Notes: generated by a model not told the origin, from the letters alone. Counted from the first letter of the stretch, positions 48,119 through 62,479 are shown. The stretch is DNA of 64,000 bases from Octopus sinensis (GCF_006345805.1 NC_043008.1:49848001-49912000), one strand, 5' to 3'. Numbers and translations are program-made.

Positions 48119-49139
48119 GCTTCAACACACGAACTCACGTAAAGAATCTTGCAAACCAAATCCATTTATAAATATATATATATACACACACATACCTAAA
48201 TTCATATACATATATGTATACATATATATATATATGTATGTATATATATATATATACATACATACATATATATATATGCATACACATATATTTATGTTTA
48301 TATATACACACACACATACATATATAAATATGTACACGCGTGCGCGCACACATATAGAGACACACACACGCACCAAGAAGGAGTTCACTCTGAAATGCTC
48401 TCTCCTTATTCTTTCTAAGCCAGTTATTATTTCTCGGTGATGCATAAAGGGATCACTTGCAGCCTTTGTTCATTCCCTGTCATTTATAAACCATCATCCA
48501 ACCAACCAACTAGTAGTGATGCAAACAACTGCTATATTTTGTACGTGGCTAAATGTGCAATCATCTTTAATTCAACAGCGGCTGAGGAGGTGAATAGTCA
48601 ACGAAGTAGTTAAATGGACCGCAGTACTTGGGATAAATATTGTGTACATTTTATATGATATATTTGATGTTAATACCCCTCGTTTTTTTTTTCGTTTTTT
48701 TTTAAAATTTAATTTACATACTTATAAAACCAAAGCCCCTACAACATATCGAATCGTTGTGCACTGTCAGAGATTAAACATCTTGCTTTGATGAACCAAA
48801 ATAGTATACACACTCTTTATACATACAAATACAGTATACAGAAGCATATATACATACGTAAATGCATATGCATATACATGAATATTTACCCATCATATTT
48901 GCAATGTATGTATTATACATGTATGCGTATAAGTGTATGCGCGTGTACGCGTGTGTATGTAGGCGTATGCTGGATGTACTTCCAGTCATGTAATTTATGC
49001 CTAGTAAAGGGGTATATGCTTATTACTATTGTGTGTGCGTGTGTGCGTGCTGGAGTACAGCAAGAAGGAAGCGAAAATTCAACCCCCGAAAACACGAAAT
49101 CTGTCTTTACCCTTCCCCCATCCTGAGTGTGGTGAACAC

Positions 49140-49402
49140 TTGCCCTACCATTGCGTAAGGTAGAAGAGTCCAGTTTGCTGGACATTGTTGTAGATGTGAA
49201 AAAGAGGTAATTTCTACTCTTCTCCTCTGGAAGCCATCTAATCGCAATACCAGAGGGCGCACACTCTCCTACCCTGATGTAATCTCCAGGGATACAGGCA
49301 TCCAGCAACAGGACCTCCGTAATGCCATGATGGACCGTGAAGTCTGGCGTAGCATGGTAAATTCCATTGTCTCGACCACGGTCGAACAATGATGATGATG
49401 AT
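49140..49402 (+). mobile_element. 5'-truncated non-LTR retrotransposon 3' end with (TGA)n tail
   Basis: RVQFAGHCCRCEKEVISTLLLWKPSNRNTRGRTLSYPDVISRDTG..MMDREVWRSMV...* followed by tgatgatgat. Confidence 0.7.
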
Positions 49403-49499
49403 TGCGTATGTGTGTGTGTGTGTGTGTGCTATATACATGTCCGTGTATCTATTTTCGATTCCATTCCCTGATTTGGTCCGGAGGAAAGGGTTGTGCCCA

Positions 49500-49727
49500 T
49501 GTTGTTGTAAGGCTTTCTGAGACAGTTTGTGTCAACTGTTGACTTCCAACATTTCAACAGGAACGATAACCACGCCGATATCAATTCTCCAGTGAGATCG
49601 ATGCAGTTACCGTTCCTGTTTTACAGTTAGAAGAAAAGACTTGTCCAGGGAAGGAGGGAGAGAGGGAAGGAATTCCAAAGTTTAGATGTTCTAGTAAGAA
49701 AGGAACGAGTATAGGAGTTAATGTGTA

Positions 49728-49775
<48 letters not shown>

Positions 49776-49881
49776 TAAATACAATGAGAGGAGAGGGAGG
49801 AGGAGAAACCTGTGAATCGGGAGTAAAATAGTAGAGGTGGCACGTGACTAGCCAGAATAAGCTGAAGCCATATAAGAGAGA

Positions 49882-49913
<32 letters not shown>

Positions 49914-50075
49914 GAGGAGGAGGAGCGAGGAAAGGAGAGAGAGAGGAGCAAGGAAAGGAAAGAGAGAGAGAGAGGAGCGAGGAAAGGAGAGAGAGAGAGA
50001 GAGAAAGTGGGGAGACGGCACATCTGCGAACCAGAAGTTGTAGTGTCTCAATAAACGACCCCATGCCAATAATAT
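49500..50075 (-). mobile_element. Decayed CR1/Jockey-group LINE 3' fragment invaded by microsatellites
   Basis: [15 protein letters not shown]...[17 protein letters not shown], a typical ORF2 C-terminal pattern. Confidence 0.5.
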
Positions 50076-50268
50076 GTATGTATATATGTACGTATATATG
50101 TATGTATATATGTATGTATGCATGTATGCATGTATATATGTATGTATGTATATATGTATGTATGTATGTATGTATGCATGTATGTATGTATATATGTATG
50201 TATATATGTATGTATGTATGTATGCATGTATGTATATATGTATGTATGTATGTATGTATGCATGTATG

Positions 50269-50302
<34 letters not shown>

Positions 50303-50550
50303 TGTATGTATGTTGTTACTTAGTTTATTTTTAGATTTCTCGCCAAGGGAGAAAGTGCCGGTTTCTAACCTAGATCCGAGTCTCTTTCATTGGAATTTCA
50401 ACAACATCAGCAGGGAGGGTGGTTATGAGTATTTTGAGTGTGTGTGTGTGCAAATATTTGCAGTCAGTGCAGATGCAGATTTATATGCTTTGTTTTATAT
50501 ATAATTGTTCTTACATCAAGTTGCATGTCTAGACATGTGCATATATACTG
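50070..50550 (-). mobile_element. Second copy of the RLE-LINE 3'UTR with (CATA)n tail
   Basis: Reverse complement matches 35935-36130 (ccggtttctaacctagatcc, ttggaatttcaacaacatcagcaggg), followed by (TATG)n on the plus strand. Confidence 0.6.
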
Positions 50551-50575
50551 ATATGCTATATATACTGATATATGC

Positions 50576-50610
<35 letters not shown>

Positions 50611-53207
50611 TATATATATAATATAATATATATATATATATATGTAGGTTGTATGTATGTATGTTTACGTACGTACGTATGTATGTAGGTATGTACGTAT
50701 GTATGTATGTATGAATGTATGTATGTATGTATGTATGATGTATGTATGTATGTATGTATGTATGTATGTATGTATGGGTATGTAGGTTGATAAAAAAGTG
50801 GGAAATATTATGAGGTAAGGAGGAAACAAAACAAATACTTAATATATATAGTTAGTAAAACGCGTTTTGGAGAAAGCAAAAAAAAATTTATGAAACGAAA
50901 TATAAAAATCATAGAAGATATACATTGAAAGTGACTACTTCAAATGAAAGTGATGAACGTTTCGGATTGTACTTTTTTATCAAAGAGAAGTAAAAGGAAT
51001 AAGAGACGTAAGAGTAAAAGAAATAGAAACGATGCCGATTTTACGTGGTTTACATTGAAGGCTTGGTGTATGTATGTATGTATGTATGTATGTATGTATG
51101 TATGTATGTATGTATGTATGTATGTATGTATGAATGTTTATGTGCATATTTGTATGTTTGTTTTATATATGTATTCTCATGCATATAGTTGCATATCTAG
51201 ACATGTATGTATGTGTGTGTATGTGTGTATGTATGTATATACACATGTACACGTACATGCATGCATGGCATCCATGTATGTATACACGCTAACTGTTCAC
51301 AAGGGCATCCAATATAAGCAAAGGGGGAAGGAATAGGAAAGAAAACATGACCTAGAAAAGAAGTCAAGGAGCCCAATATATTAAAAGCATATAAACCTAC
51401 CATCTTTGGGTTACATATATATATATATACATATACGACGAGCTTCTTTTCAGTTTCCGTCCTCCAAATCTACTCACAAGTCTTTCGTCGGTTCGAGACT
51501 ATAGTAGAAGACACTTGCCTGTGGTGCCACTCAGTGGGACTGAACCTGAAACCATGTGCTTGGGAAGCAAATTCTTACCACTGAACCATGCTCTCTCTCT
51601 CTCTCTCTCTCAGTCTTTCTCTTTCTCTTCGTTTGTTGACACTCTCATTTACTGATCACTGGTTTTCCTAGTTACAGCTTCAGTTTGCTTCTCTAGCGAC
51701 GCAGCTGCCTCCTCTAACTGCTTCTCCCTAAAATATAAGAAGTCAACGTCATAAGAATGTGAAATAATTATTATCATTATTTATTTATTTATTTACTTAT
51801 TTATTCTTTCGAAACAGTGGCTCTCGAAGTAGATGATAGAGCTATAAATATCAATGTGTAAATATTAGGTTGAAAAACAATATATTTTTTTATTATCCAC
51901 AAGGGGGTAAACATAGAGGGGACAAACAAGGACAGACAAAGGGATTAAATCGATTACATCGACCCCAGTGCGTTACTGGTACTTAATTTATTGACCTCGA
52001 AAGGATGAAAGGCAAAGTCGACCTCGGCGGAATTTGAACTCACAACGTAACGGCAGACGAAATACCGCTGAGCATTTCGCCCGACGTGCTAACGTTTCTG
52101 CCAGCTCGCCGCGTTAGGTTGAAACTATAGTCTCGGGCCGACCAAAGCCTTGTGAATAGATTACAGGAGATGCAGATTCGTGTCGCACGAGCAACCTTCG
52201 ACTTCTTTTTTTCTTTTTTTTTTCCTTCCAAAGGGATTCTCAATCTAATATTTACCTGCCGTCGTTTATAAGGTGGAGGCGTGTGGCCTAGTGGTTTAGG
52301 CGTCGGACACATGATCGTAAGATCGTGGTTTCAGTTCCTGGACCGGATGACGCGTTGTGTTCTTGAGCAGGACACTTCATTTCACGTTCCTCCAGGAGTT
52401 ACCCTGCGATGGACCGGCATCCCGTCCAAGCGGTAAATGTACGGCTGGTATAAAAAGGCTCCAGGACTAGTTATGTTTTAATAAAAAATGAACACATAGG
52501 GCTTGAGAAGGATGCCTTAGTCTTTTTATAATTTGTAAGTACGTATACATATATCTAGATATGCTTCGAGATCCACAATTCCAAAGAGAACTATAAGTTG
52601 TTAGGATATTATTTTTTGCCTTTCAAATAAACATGAAAGATTGTTATTGGCCCTCACCAGCAGACGCCTTTTCATATAGAACTGATTAAATCCTGATTTC
52701 ATGCGAATCTCTCTCTCTCTCTCTCTCTCTCTCGAGAGAGAGAGAGAGAGAAAGCTAGAGAGAGAGAGAGAAAGCTAGAGAGAGAGAGACTCTCTACGAG
52801 TGAGGCGGCAGAAGAGAGGCAAACTGAGAGTGAGAGTAATTGAGAGAAAAACTAGGTGAGAGAGATAGGGAGAAAGAAAGAAAGAGAGATAGAGAGAGAT
52901 AGGGAGAGAGAGAGAGAGCAAGGAAACAAAGAGGAAGAGAAAGAGATAGAGAAAGACAGTGGAGAAAGAGAGAGAGGGAGAGAGGGATAGACAGAAAGAG
53001 AGATTCACAACAAGTGAAGCGGCAGAAGAGAGTGAGAGAAATTGAGAGAAAAACTAAGCGAGAGGGATAGGGAGAAAGAAAGACAGGTAGACAGAGAGAG
53101 AGAGAGAGAGAGAGAGAGGGCAAGGAAACAAAGAGGAAGAGAAAGAGATAAAGACAGCAGACAAAGACAAAGGTGGGGAAAGGCTCAGAGAGGGAGAAAG
53201 GGAAAGG

Positions 53208-53245
<38 letters not shown>

Positions 53246-53348
53246 AGGCTTCTTATTGCTTTTCGTAGCAGATGTTTCATGTTTCGCCAATCATGTTTCA
53301 GTTGAGAAGTGGTTGTTGTCATTGTTTGTTATTATCGTAGTAGTAGTG

Positions 53349-53380
<32 letters not shown>

Positions 53381-54940
53381 TGCTGCTGCTCTTGTTCTTG
53401 TTCTTGTTGTTTGTTTATTTAAAGTCAGTTTCCCTGCTTGAAATTAATGACTCGGTTTTATTTTACCAAATTATCAAGATAAGTTGACATCCATAGTTGA
53501 ACCGACGAGATTTTTATGACAAGTACGATGTGTGCAGGGGTCATGTGGTTAATGCTGTTGTCGTTGTTGTTCTTGTTGTTGCTGCTGCTGTTGCTTCTTG
53601 TAGTGGTTGCGACGGTTACTACTACTGCCACTGTTGTTGTTGTTGTTTTTGCTGTTGTTGTTGTTGCTGTGGGTGTTGGTGCTTTTGTTGCTCTCGTGGT
53701 GATGAAATATGCTACGAAATAGATGTAGAAATTCCTCTGACATGATGTCTACAGGGGTCATGCTGTTGCTGATGCAGCTGTTGTTGTTGTTGTTGTTGTA
53801 ACAGGGTGGTTACTTATATTATAGTTGTTGTTGTTGTTGTAGTTGTTGTTGCAGGGTGGTTACTTATATAATAGTTGTTGTTGTTGTTGTTGTTGTTTGT
53901 TCTGGTGGTTTTGTTTATAATGCAATTGTGGTTTCTATTGTTGCTGTAAAAAAGATGTAGAGATTCCTACAGCATATTACCTTGTTGCTGCTACTGCTGC
54001 TGCTGTTGTGGGTCTTGTTGTTGTTGTTGTTGTTGTTGTTGCTGTTGTTGTTATTGTCGTTGTTGTCGGCCACTTATCACAATAATTTCATGAGCAGGCT
54101 AATCCGTCGATTAGATCAACTGGAACACTCGTCGTCGTAATCGGCAGAATACCGTTTTCGCTTTTTGTTTCTCTTCTTTTTTTTTTTGTTATGGCATGGA
54201 ACATCTAGGACTACATTCTCAAATATGTCTGTTTTTGTTTTTGACCTTCTTTTTAAAACGGAGTAATACTTGGCCGCTATTATTGAGGAATACTTGGCCG
54301 CTATTTTTAGCAGGTCATTGGCTTTAAACAAAACGGTTCTTGTCCGACAGCATCTTACTGTTGAAGGGGAATCCCAGAAAGGGCTAAAGAAGAATCTACA
54401 AACGTTAGAGCCCGGAATATCGTACAGCCGATGTCGGTGATGCCATAAGGATGTCACCCATAGACACAAGAGAGTGGGGAGCTGAGTAGATGATATAAGA
54501 AATTATAGCGACCCACAACAGAACTATCTTTTATCTGTTGTTTCAGTCTTTGGACTGCGGCCATGCTGGGGCAACGCCTTCGAGGGTTTGGTCGAACAAA
54601 TCGATCCCAGTTACTTAATTTTCTGTCTGGTATTAACTCTGTTCGTTTTTGTTTGTTTTTTTACCAAACCGCCAAGTTACAATGTGTAATCAAGCCAAGG
54701 CGGTCGTTAACCGCAGTGATGGGGAGGGGACAAACAGAAACACTAATACACACACACACATACACTCACACATACGACGAGCTTCTTTTAGTTTTCGTCT
54801 ACCAAATCTATCCACAAGGCTTTGGTCCGCCCAGGTGCAGCGTAGTGATACTGAACTCAAGACCACATGGTTTGGAAGTATTCTTCTTAACTACTCGACT
54901 TCCATCAGGAATTGAACTTAGAGAATAAAATGAACGTAAG

Positions 54941-55082
54941 CGAGTTTAAGGTATCTTATCGTCTGCTTTACCGCTTTAGCTAAGGACGTGAACGAGTTTA
55001 AGGTATCTTATCGTCTGCTCTACCGCTTTAGCTAAGCACGTGAACGAGTTTAAGGTATTTTATCGTCTGCTCTACTGCTTTA
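54941..55082 (+). repeat. 52-bp minisatellite, about 2.7 copies
   Basis: cgagtttaaggtatcttatcgtctgct.taccgctttagctaag.acgtgaa starts at 54941, 54993 and 55045. Confidence 0.9.
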
Positions 55083-55481
55083 ACTATCATCTAATGATAT
55101 TGATGATTGTCAAGAACCAAAAACCTAGTTTTTCTATGTTATGGGTGGGATTGAACAGTTGCTGAAGTTGACCTCAGAACTCGGGCAGTATTTTATTCTA
55201 TCGACTCCGGAAAGATATAGCCTCAGGAACAGGTGTGGGAAGCAAGGGGTGCAAACACATTCCCTAAATTTTTTGTTGGGTAATGAAAACGCTTTCAACA
55301 CTTTGATTTGGACCTGGGTTTGTCCTCCCCTCGCCAAACAAATTTAGTTACTGCATTTATTCGGCGGAATTTTAACTCAGAACTTCAAAACGGACAAAAT
55401 GCTGCTAAGCATTTTGCCCGGCGCGGTTTCGATTCAGCCAGCTCGCTGCCTCATTAATAACAGCAACAATAAATACATTAC

Positions 55482-55518
<37 letters not shown>

Positions 55519-56278
55519 TAATGGATAAGTATTTTATTTCGTATATTTTCACTTGTTTATTGCTTGGGTTTGATTTGAGAACATAATCTTTTGTGGAGAA
55601 TGGCGATTTGACGTCTATATCTAGCATGTTGACTGTCCACTTTCCGTGTTCAGTCCTTAATTGGTATATAATATATATATATATATATACAGAAATATAG
55701 GGATAGAGAGTAGTTAATTATATCGAGAACAGTACTAAACTGGTATTTTATTCATATGAAGGCGCGTGGATCAGGCGTTAGAGTTGTAAGACTTACGATC
55801 GCAAGAGCGAGAGTTCAAATCTCAGTTTGGATGGTACGTTATATCCTTGAGCGAGACACTTCATTTCCTGTTGCTCAAATACACACAGCCGAAAATGAGT
55901 ACCAACAATAACTGGCAATCATCCTTAAGACGGACTGGCGACCCTTTCCAGGTTGTGGGAATTTCGTACCCTTAACGTTTAAACTGCCACGAAAACTAGA
56001 ATAACCTTCGGCCTAATAAACGTGTTAGTGCGAGACAGATTTAACTTAACTGATATTTTATTTTATCTAATCCCTGCAGTATAAAAGGTAAAGTTGACCG
56101 CGTCGTGATTTGAACTCAGAACGTAAAATGCCGTAAATAATCACCAATGATAATTTTCCGGCGCTTTAACTGTTCTGCCAATCTACAAGCTGTTCAATAA
56201 CTTTGGATTTTAACGTCTCGATTCTGAAGTTGGGGAGGGACCAATCAATAATAGCAAGTCCAGTATATGACAAGTGCA

Positions 56279-56845
56279 GGGCGGCAAGCTGGCAGAAACG
56301 TTAGCACGCCGGGCGAAATGCTTAGCGGTATTTCGTCTGCCGTTACGTTGTGAGTTCAAATTCCGCCGAGGTCGACTTTGCTTTTCATCCTTTCGGGGCC
56401 GATAAATTAAGTACCAGTTAAGCACTGGGGTCGATATAATCGACTTAATACCTATGTCTGTCCATGTTTGTCCCCTCTATGTTTAGCCCCTTGTGGGTAA
56501 TAAAGAAATAGGTATTTCGTCTGCCGTTATGTTCTGAGTTCAAATTCCACCGTTGTCGACTTTGCCTTTCATCCTTTCGGGGTCGATTAAATAAGTACCA
56601 GTTACGCACTGGGGTCGATATAATCGACTTAATCCGTTTGTCTGTCCTTGTTTGTCATCTCTGTGTTTAGCCCCTTGTGGGTAGTAAAGAAACGGATATT
56701 TTGTCGGAGTTCAAATCTGGAGGTCGACTCTGCCTTTTACTCTTTCGGGGTCAACGAAATAAGTACCCCTTGAACACTAGAGTCGATATAATCGACTTAC
56801 CCATTCCCTGAGTTTGCTGACCTTGTGCCAAAATTTGAAATCAAT
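56279..56845 (+). mobile_element. tRNA-derived SINE family B, multimeric (tandem internal modules)
   Basis: Head ggcggcaagctggcagaaacgttagc, B-box gagttcaaattcc. The module ggtatttcgtctgccg...gtgggtagtaaagaaata (about 185 bp) is repeated. Confidence 0.8.
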
Positions 56846-57602
56846 ATATGGGTCAAGCACACATTTATTGTCCTCGGTGAAACGTTAAAACGCAGTCGAC
56901 GTCGACAAGATTCGAACTCAAAATACTCGTTATAAATTATTGCATAAAAAACCACCGCATGTTGCTTGTTTTTTTTTTGGACTTCATATCTCAATCGTCT
57001 CTATTTCTATTTGTAGTCACTGTTACATGCAGCTTCCGGTAGTAGTTGTTGCCAACATCCGCCAGGTGACATCAGTGAAGACAACTGCCGTCACGTGATC
57101 GTGTCAAAAACAGAGCAACCAACATCTGCAGGACTTCAAATTGCCCTCATCATTCCACCTCAATCCTGCAGCGTCAACATCACGGAACATGCACCGAGTA
57201 ATAACATCATAGGTGGGTGTGGTTTTACCCTCTCTCTCTCTCTCTCTCTTAACCTCTCTCTCACTCTCTTAACACCACTCTATTTCACTCTCTTTTTCCC
57301 TCTCCCTCTCACTCACATTCTCTTCATTTATCTCTCTTCTTTTCTGTCCGTTTTCGTAATTTTTCCGTTGTTGTTCAAAGTTGAATCAGTCGTGATCGAT
57401 TGAATATATATTCTAAAACGTTCCAAGCGTGATTATCTCTTTTACTGAAGCGTAATGTATCAAGTACTATGCGTACTGTTCGAATTTTTCTTAGAAGGCA
57501 CGAGTGGGATTACGGGGGGATTTGGCTGCCATTTCTTGCTTGCCTGGAGAGCACACAGAAATACAATCGCTGGCACGTATATCTAGTGTATGTATGTATG
57601 TA

Positions 57603-57650
<48 letters not shown>

Positions 57651-57815
57651 GCTACCGCTCATCAACCGGTATTGGTTTGTGTATATCCCCATAATCTAGT
57701 GGTTTAGCAAAAAGACACTGATAGAATAAGGACCAGAGTTTAAAACACAAATACCGGAGTCGGAGACGGTGCTCTAACATGGCCGCATTGCAATGACTGA
57801 AACAGTTAAAAGTTG

Positions 57816-57862
<47 letters not shown>

Positions 57863-57985
57863 AGGAAAAAATCTATCAGAAAGAAACTCTAATCTTTTGA
57901 TAAGCATAACAAATGCGCAACCGGTAAAAAGAACTTTCACCTAATTAAATTACTTAAATTATTTTGTCAGCATTTTCTTCATTTC

Positions 57986-58027
<42 letters not shown>

Positions 58028-58132
58028 CATAGATATATAGATATGTATGTATGTATGTATGTATAAACAATAAGTTAAATAGAGAAATGCAATTGACAAT
58101 CCAACAATTTATTTAAATTACAATAAAATATG

Positions 58133-58436
58133 TGGAGGCACATGGTTTAGTGGTTAGAGTAGCGAACTCGCGGTCGAGGGATCGGGGGTTCGAATCTCAG
58201 ACCGGGCGATGTATGTGTTTATGAGTGAAACACCTGAGCTCCACGCGGCTCCGGCAGAAGGTAATGGCGAACTTCTGCTGACTCTTTCGCCACAACTTTC
58301 TTTCACTCTTTCTTCCTGCGTCTTGCAGCTCACCTGCGACGGACCGGCATCCCGTCCAGGTGGGGAACCTATACGCCAAGGAAACCGGGAAACCGGCCCT
58401 TATGAGCCAGGCGTGGCTCGTGAAGGAACAAACAAC
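58133..58436 (+). mobile_element. tRNA-derived SINE family D
   Basis: ggaggcacatggtttagtggttagag (A-box), gggttcgaatctc (B-box), followed by a unique body. Confidence 0.7.
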
Positions 58437-58801
58437 TGTTCCTTCTAAAGGATGATGATGATGATGATGATGATGATAAAATATAATATAACATAAAAAA
58501 TTATTAAAAAACCAAAAAAAGCCGACAATTTGTTTCGACTTATATACATTATTTAATTCATAAACAATTCATATCCATGTATATAAGTCTCTTCGGGGAT
58601 TTGGTTCAAAAGACAGACGAAATTCCATGTAAAAGGACTGCCAGACTGCAAAATACTGGTTCAAAATACTTATGTTTAGGAGCGTGAGAAAACCTACAAC
58701 TGTCGAAATGTTTCTATATATCTCCAATAATATCAATTCAAATGCATTTTAGTGGAAAACGGTCACTGACTATTTTAATAATATATATAATGATAACAAT
58801 A

Positions 58802-59110
58802 GCAGGAGTGGCTGTGTAGTAAGTAGCTTGCTTACCAACCACATGGTTCCAGGTTCAGTCCCACTGCGTGGCACCTTGGGCAAGTGTCTTCTACTATAGC
58901 CTCAGGCCGATCAATGCCTTGTGAGTGGATTTGGTAGACGGAAACTGAAAGAAGCCTGTCGTATATATGTATATATATATATATATATGTATATGTGTGT
59001 GTATGTTTGTGTGTCTGTGTTTGTCCCCCTAGCATTGCTTGACAACCGATGCTGGTGTGTTTAGGTCCCCGTCACTTAGCGGTTCGGCAAAACAGACCGA
59101 TAGCATAAGT
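58802..59110 (+). mobile_element. SINE family A, 3'-truncated (other partial copies near 3560-3775, 7775-7910, 18630-18965, 51433-51590, 54530-54900, 57640-57810, 62205-62400)
   Basis: Shared head and body motifs. Confidence 0.75.
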
Positions 59111-59706
59111 ACATATATATATATATATACTATATATATATATATATATATATACACTACACTAACACACCCTACTCCCACTTATGTCTGCTCCGATACA
59201 CACTAATACTTACATCTATATCCCGTTTTCCTCCCTTATTCACTCCCCCTTCAGAACAACGGTCCCGCATGGTTTCTAACTTTTTTCTCTGTGCCTTTTT
59301 TTTCACTGATTAGTTCCCTTTCTCGCTTCCTTTATGCTACCCTGTCACTTTCTTTCTTCTGCTAAAGCACTAACGTCCGAAGCGTTAATAATGCACTTTC
59401 TCTTTCCATTAAATGTGTTAAAGCTTAATACATTGTTTATCAATCTTTGTTTTTTCCTACGTCGCGTTCTTTTTGGTGTTCATTTTACCACACACACACA
59501 AACACACACACACAAAACCTCTCTCACACACGCACACAAACTCTTTCTCTCATACACACACACACACTATACATACATATATATATATATATGCATACAT
59601 ACATTATATATATATATATATGCATACATACATACATTATATGTATATATATGCATACATGCATACATTATATATATATGTGTGTATGTATGTATGTATG
59701 TCGTGA

Positions 59707-60006
59707 AGGCGCATGGCTCAGTGGTTAGAGCGTCGAGCTTACGATCGTGAGGTTGTGAGCTCGAATCCCGGACCGGGCTGCGTGTTGTGTTCTTGAGCAA
59801 GACACTTTGTTTCACGTTGCTCCAGTTCACTCATCTGTAGAAATGAGTTGCGACGTCACTGGTGCCAAGCTGTATCGGCCCCTTTGCCTTTCCCTTGGAT
59901 AACACTGGTGGCGTGGAGAGGGGAGGCTGGTATGAATGGGCAACTGCGGGTCTTCCATAAACAACCATGCCCAGACTTGTGCCTAGGAGGGTAACTCTCT
60001 AGGTGC
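59707..60006 (+). mobile_element. tRNA-derived SINE family C (decayed copies near 52272-52440 and 55760-56030)
   Basis: ggcgcatggctcagtggttagagcg (A-box), gagctcgaatccc (B-box), central gttgtgttcttgagcaagacactt. Confidence 0.75.
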
Positions 60007-61059
60007 TACAGAGCGACTTAAGGGTCGAGAGTTTCGTACGTTAGCACTTACCAGGCACATATACTTATGTTTTGAATTCTACGTTTCTTGTTCGCATCAC
60101 CAAACCTGTGTGTGTGTGTCTGTGTGTGTGTGTCTGTGTGTGTGTGTGTGTGTGTGCGCGCGCGAAACCTAATTATGTCTATCTGCACTACTTACTACCT
60201 AGTTATTATGTACAAAATTGTAGAAAAGCTAAAGTGTGATTTGAAGGGGATTTGATTGTTTTTTTCTTCTAGGTTGAGCGAACACGAAGAACTTTTCTTC
60301 AGCTCGAGGAAAGCAGTGGGTAATGTTTGTATGTAAAATAAACAGCTGAATGGTCGGTCATGAATGAAGGCCTCGTATTCCTTGCTTAAACTGCTGAAAA
60401 TGGCTACATACCTTTGTTACTCAAACACTATTCTAGCGGTTACCGTCAAGCAACCGCCTCCCCACTTTAGCCCTGATAAAACACTAGGATCTATTTTGAT
60501 GACGTCATAATAATTTATAGACTTCGAGTGAACGTGAAATAACTTTTTTGTTTTTGTTTTGAAACGGTGAATTTTGAAGCAGTTAAAGCTATAAATAATG
60601 TGTAAGTATTGGATCAAAAAACTCCTTTAACCCATTATTCACACGTTGTAATTTATAGCTTTAGTTGCTTTGAAATCCACTCTTCCAATAAAAAAAAGAT
60701 ATTTTTTTTAGATCAAAGGCATTCCATAGATGGCCATTACGTCATTTTCCAAATGATAATATGCGCACACAATAATCGCTTGAGGAAGATTTGGCTGCGC
60801 TTTCTTGTAGATCGAGATTCTGGTTTGTTGACTATAAATACTTTAACGTGTGTGTGTGTGTTAATATGTGCATGCATGGGTGTGTGTGTTATACAGAGAG
60901 ATAGGATTAGGAAAGAATGTATAACACGGAGGGAACTGATGTCGCTAAGGGACACCAAGCGTTTTATTACATGCACACACAGAAGTTAGCCGGTACTTTT
61001 AGCAGCGTTTGTTATACAATATGAAGGAAGTTATTCCCTAAATAATAATAATAATAATG

Positions 61060-61179
<120 letters not shown>

Positions 61180-61181
61180 TA

Positions 61182-61216
<35 letters not shown>

Positions 61217-61639
61217 TATCATTATTATTATAATTTCTTTATTAACCAGAAGGGCTTACAATAAGAAAAACATGGACAGTACAGGACAAAATAAAGAATG
61301 TGTGTGTGTTGTGAGGGTTTTGCGTGTAAACAAGACTAGCAAAATCATAAGAAAGAACGAAAGAAAGAAAGAAATCAACAGTGTGTAATCCTCAATAGGG
61401 ATGCTTGTGGAAAAAACCCATAAAAAGAAAACCATGAATAAAATAATCTGTTCAATTATAGACAAAAAAAAAACGGAAATTTTTACCTTCTCTAATTTTT
61501 CCGTACATCTTTCTCTCTTTTTCTGTTAAATCAAATATTTTAGCTTTTCTCTCTTTGATGACGTCCAACACATTTTTATTCCTGGAAGTCTAGATGCACT
61601 CACATCTTGTCGTTTATTTTCGAGTATTTTCTATTGATG

Positions 61640-62070
61640 ACAACCTTTCAACCTTATGAAGAAAGGCTGAGGACGCTCGACCTTTATTCTCTAGAAAAAC
61701 GACGCCGCCGTGGTGATCTCATTCTTGCTCACAACATCATAAGCGGAAAGTGTAACCTCTCAAAAGAGCTGTTCTTCACTCCTGCTCCAGAGCGTCGGCT
61801 GCGGGGTCATTCCGAAAAGCTCTACCTGCGACGATTTCATCTCAATCGAAGGAGAGGAGCTTTCTCCGTCCGGGTTGCGGATCCGTGGAACAAGCTGCCA
61901 GACGAGATGGTAAAGATGCCGACGACCGCTTTGTTCAAAGTCTCCCTTGACCTCAAGTGGCCTGAACTCTTTACATGAACACCACCCTGTACTTAACTCC
62001 ATGTCCCCCTACATGGCCTTGCTATTTGCTTTTGAGCCAAATTAACTAACTAACTAACTAACTAACTAAC
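61640..62070 (+). mobile_element. CR1-clade LINE 3' end with (TAAC)n tail
   Basis: YEERLRTLDLYSLEKRRRRGDLI..RGHSEKL..FSVRVADPWNKLP..FKVSLD*, then a 3'UTR and aactaactaact tail. Confidence 0.85.
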
Positions 62071-62415
62071 TCCATTCAGAGAACCACACACAACAGTTTG
62101 ACTTTTTTTTCTGGTTTCAATGGGTTTTCAAGTGATTTTCCAACCACTTCAATCTTTCTGTCTATTTTGAATTTCGCTTCACATTTTCCTGTTTTCAGAT
62201 TACAACTTTTACCATTTTCAGTCATTGGACTGCAGCCATGCTGGGGTATCGCCTTCAATAGGTTTAGTCGAACAAATCGACTCAAATACCTTTTATTTTT
62301 AATTTTTAACCTGAAACTTATTCTCTCGAACGCTTTGCCGAACCGCTAGGTTACGAGAAAGTAAAGAAACCACCACCGGTGGTGGATCCTCAACACAAAC
62401 ATTAAGTCACACACG

Positions 62416-62450
<35 letters not shown>

Positions 62451-62479
62451 TGAAATAGAAAGATGAATAATCTTGTTGC

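Noticed and set aside
50960-51000. Minus-strand TTGATAA...GAAACGTT hammerhead-like relic
   Set aside because: Neither stem I nor stem II pairs; too decayed to call.
54941-55082. Possible CRISPR-like array
   Set aside because: The repeats are contiguous with no unique spacers, in a eukaryotic context.
58133-58205. Possible tRNA genes (also at the heads of SINE families A-C)
   Set aside because: A/B boxes are present but the cloverleaf is incomplete and each runs into a repeat body, so these are SINE heads.
60500-60507. Second TGACGTCA CRE
   Set aside because: No gene start nearby; lies in an old imperfect inverted repeat (about 60495-60750), consistent with chance.
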